A stretch of 64,000 nucleotides of DNA from a virus: the IMG/VR virus record IMGVR_UViG_3300047564_002270, positions 95,420 to 159,419 of that record; one strand, written 5' to 3'. This document shows, piece after piece, positions 63,998 to 64,000 of the stretch. Each line of letters begins with the position of its first letter. Position 1 is the stretch's first letter. The position numbers and the translations under genes are program-made. The notes under the pieces were generated by a model, which was not told the origin of the DNA, did no database searches, and saw only the letters and a list, made by a program, of their open reading frames with translations.

Positions 63998-64000
63998 AGA

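Overview
The window is 64 kb of an AT-rich T4-like cyanomyovirus genome (Kyanoviridae-like, probably freshwater). The taxonomy is inferred from gene content and no database search was run. Almost every gene is on the + strand. Bases 1-23.9 kb form a late, virion-structural block: giant fibre/beta-helix proteins, Gly-rich proteins and collagen G-X-Q fibres with TAAATA late promoters, interrupted by tRNA-Thr(UGU) and a Mom-like DNA modifier. Bases 23.9-62.2 kb are mostly an early/accessory region of small ORFs. It also holds a split MTase, a ParB-like protein, an SF2 helicase, RlpA, glutaredoxin, HNH, a Dam-like MTase, peptide deformylase, a putative REase+MTase pair and an embedded late island (collagen fibre plus three LamG paralogs). 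Bases 62.2-64 kb hold the only credible minus-strand gene (a degenerate NUMOD4-HNH) next to an iteron-rich non-coding region with divergent promoters, a candidate origin. Four non-coding signals stand out. (i) About 18 copies of a cassette made of a 24-bp palindrome (TGTGCCASTT-N4-AASTGGCACA), a 28-30 nt often hairpin-forming spacer and a -10 box. (ii) Two inverted copies of a ~96-bp element with conserved spacing and a divergent hairpin (28.0 kb +, 35.2 kb -). (iii) A perfect 34-bp nested palindrome at 38.4 kb. (iv) An apparently orphaned psbA-type promoter/leader at 55.2 kb. All family assignments come from motif recognition by eye.
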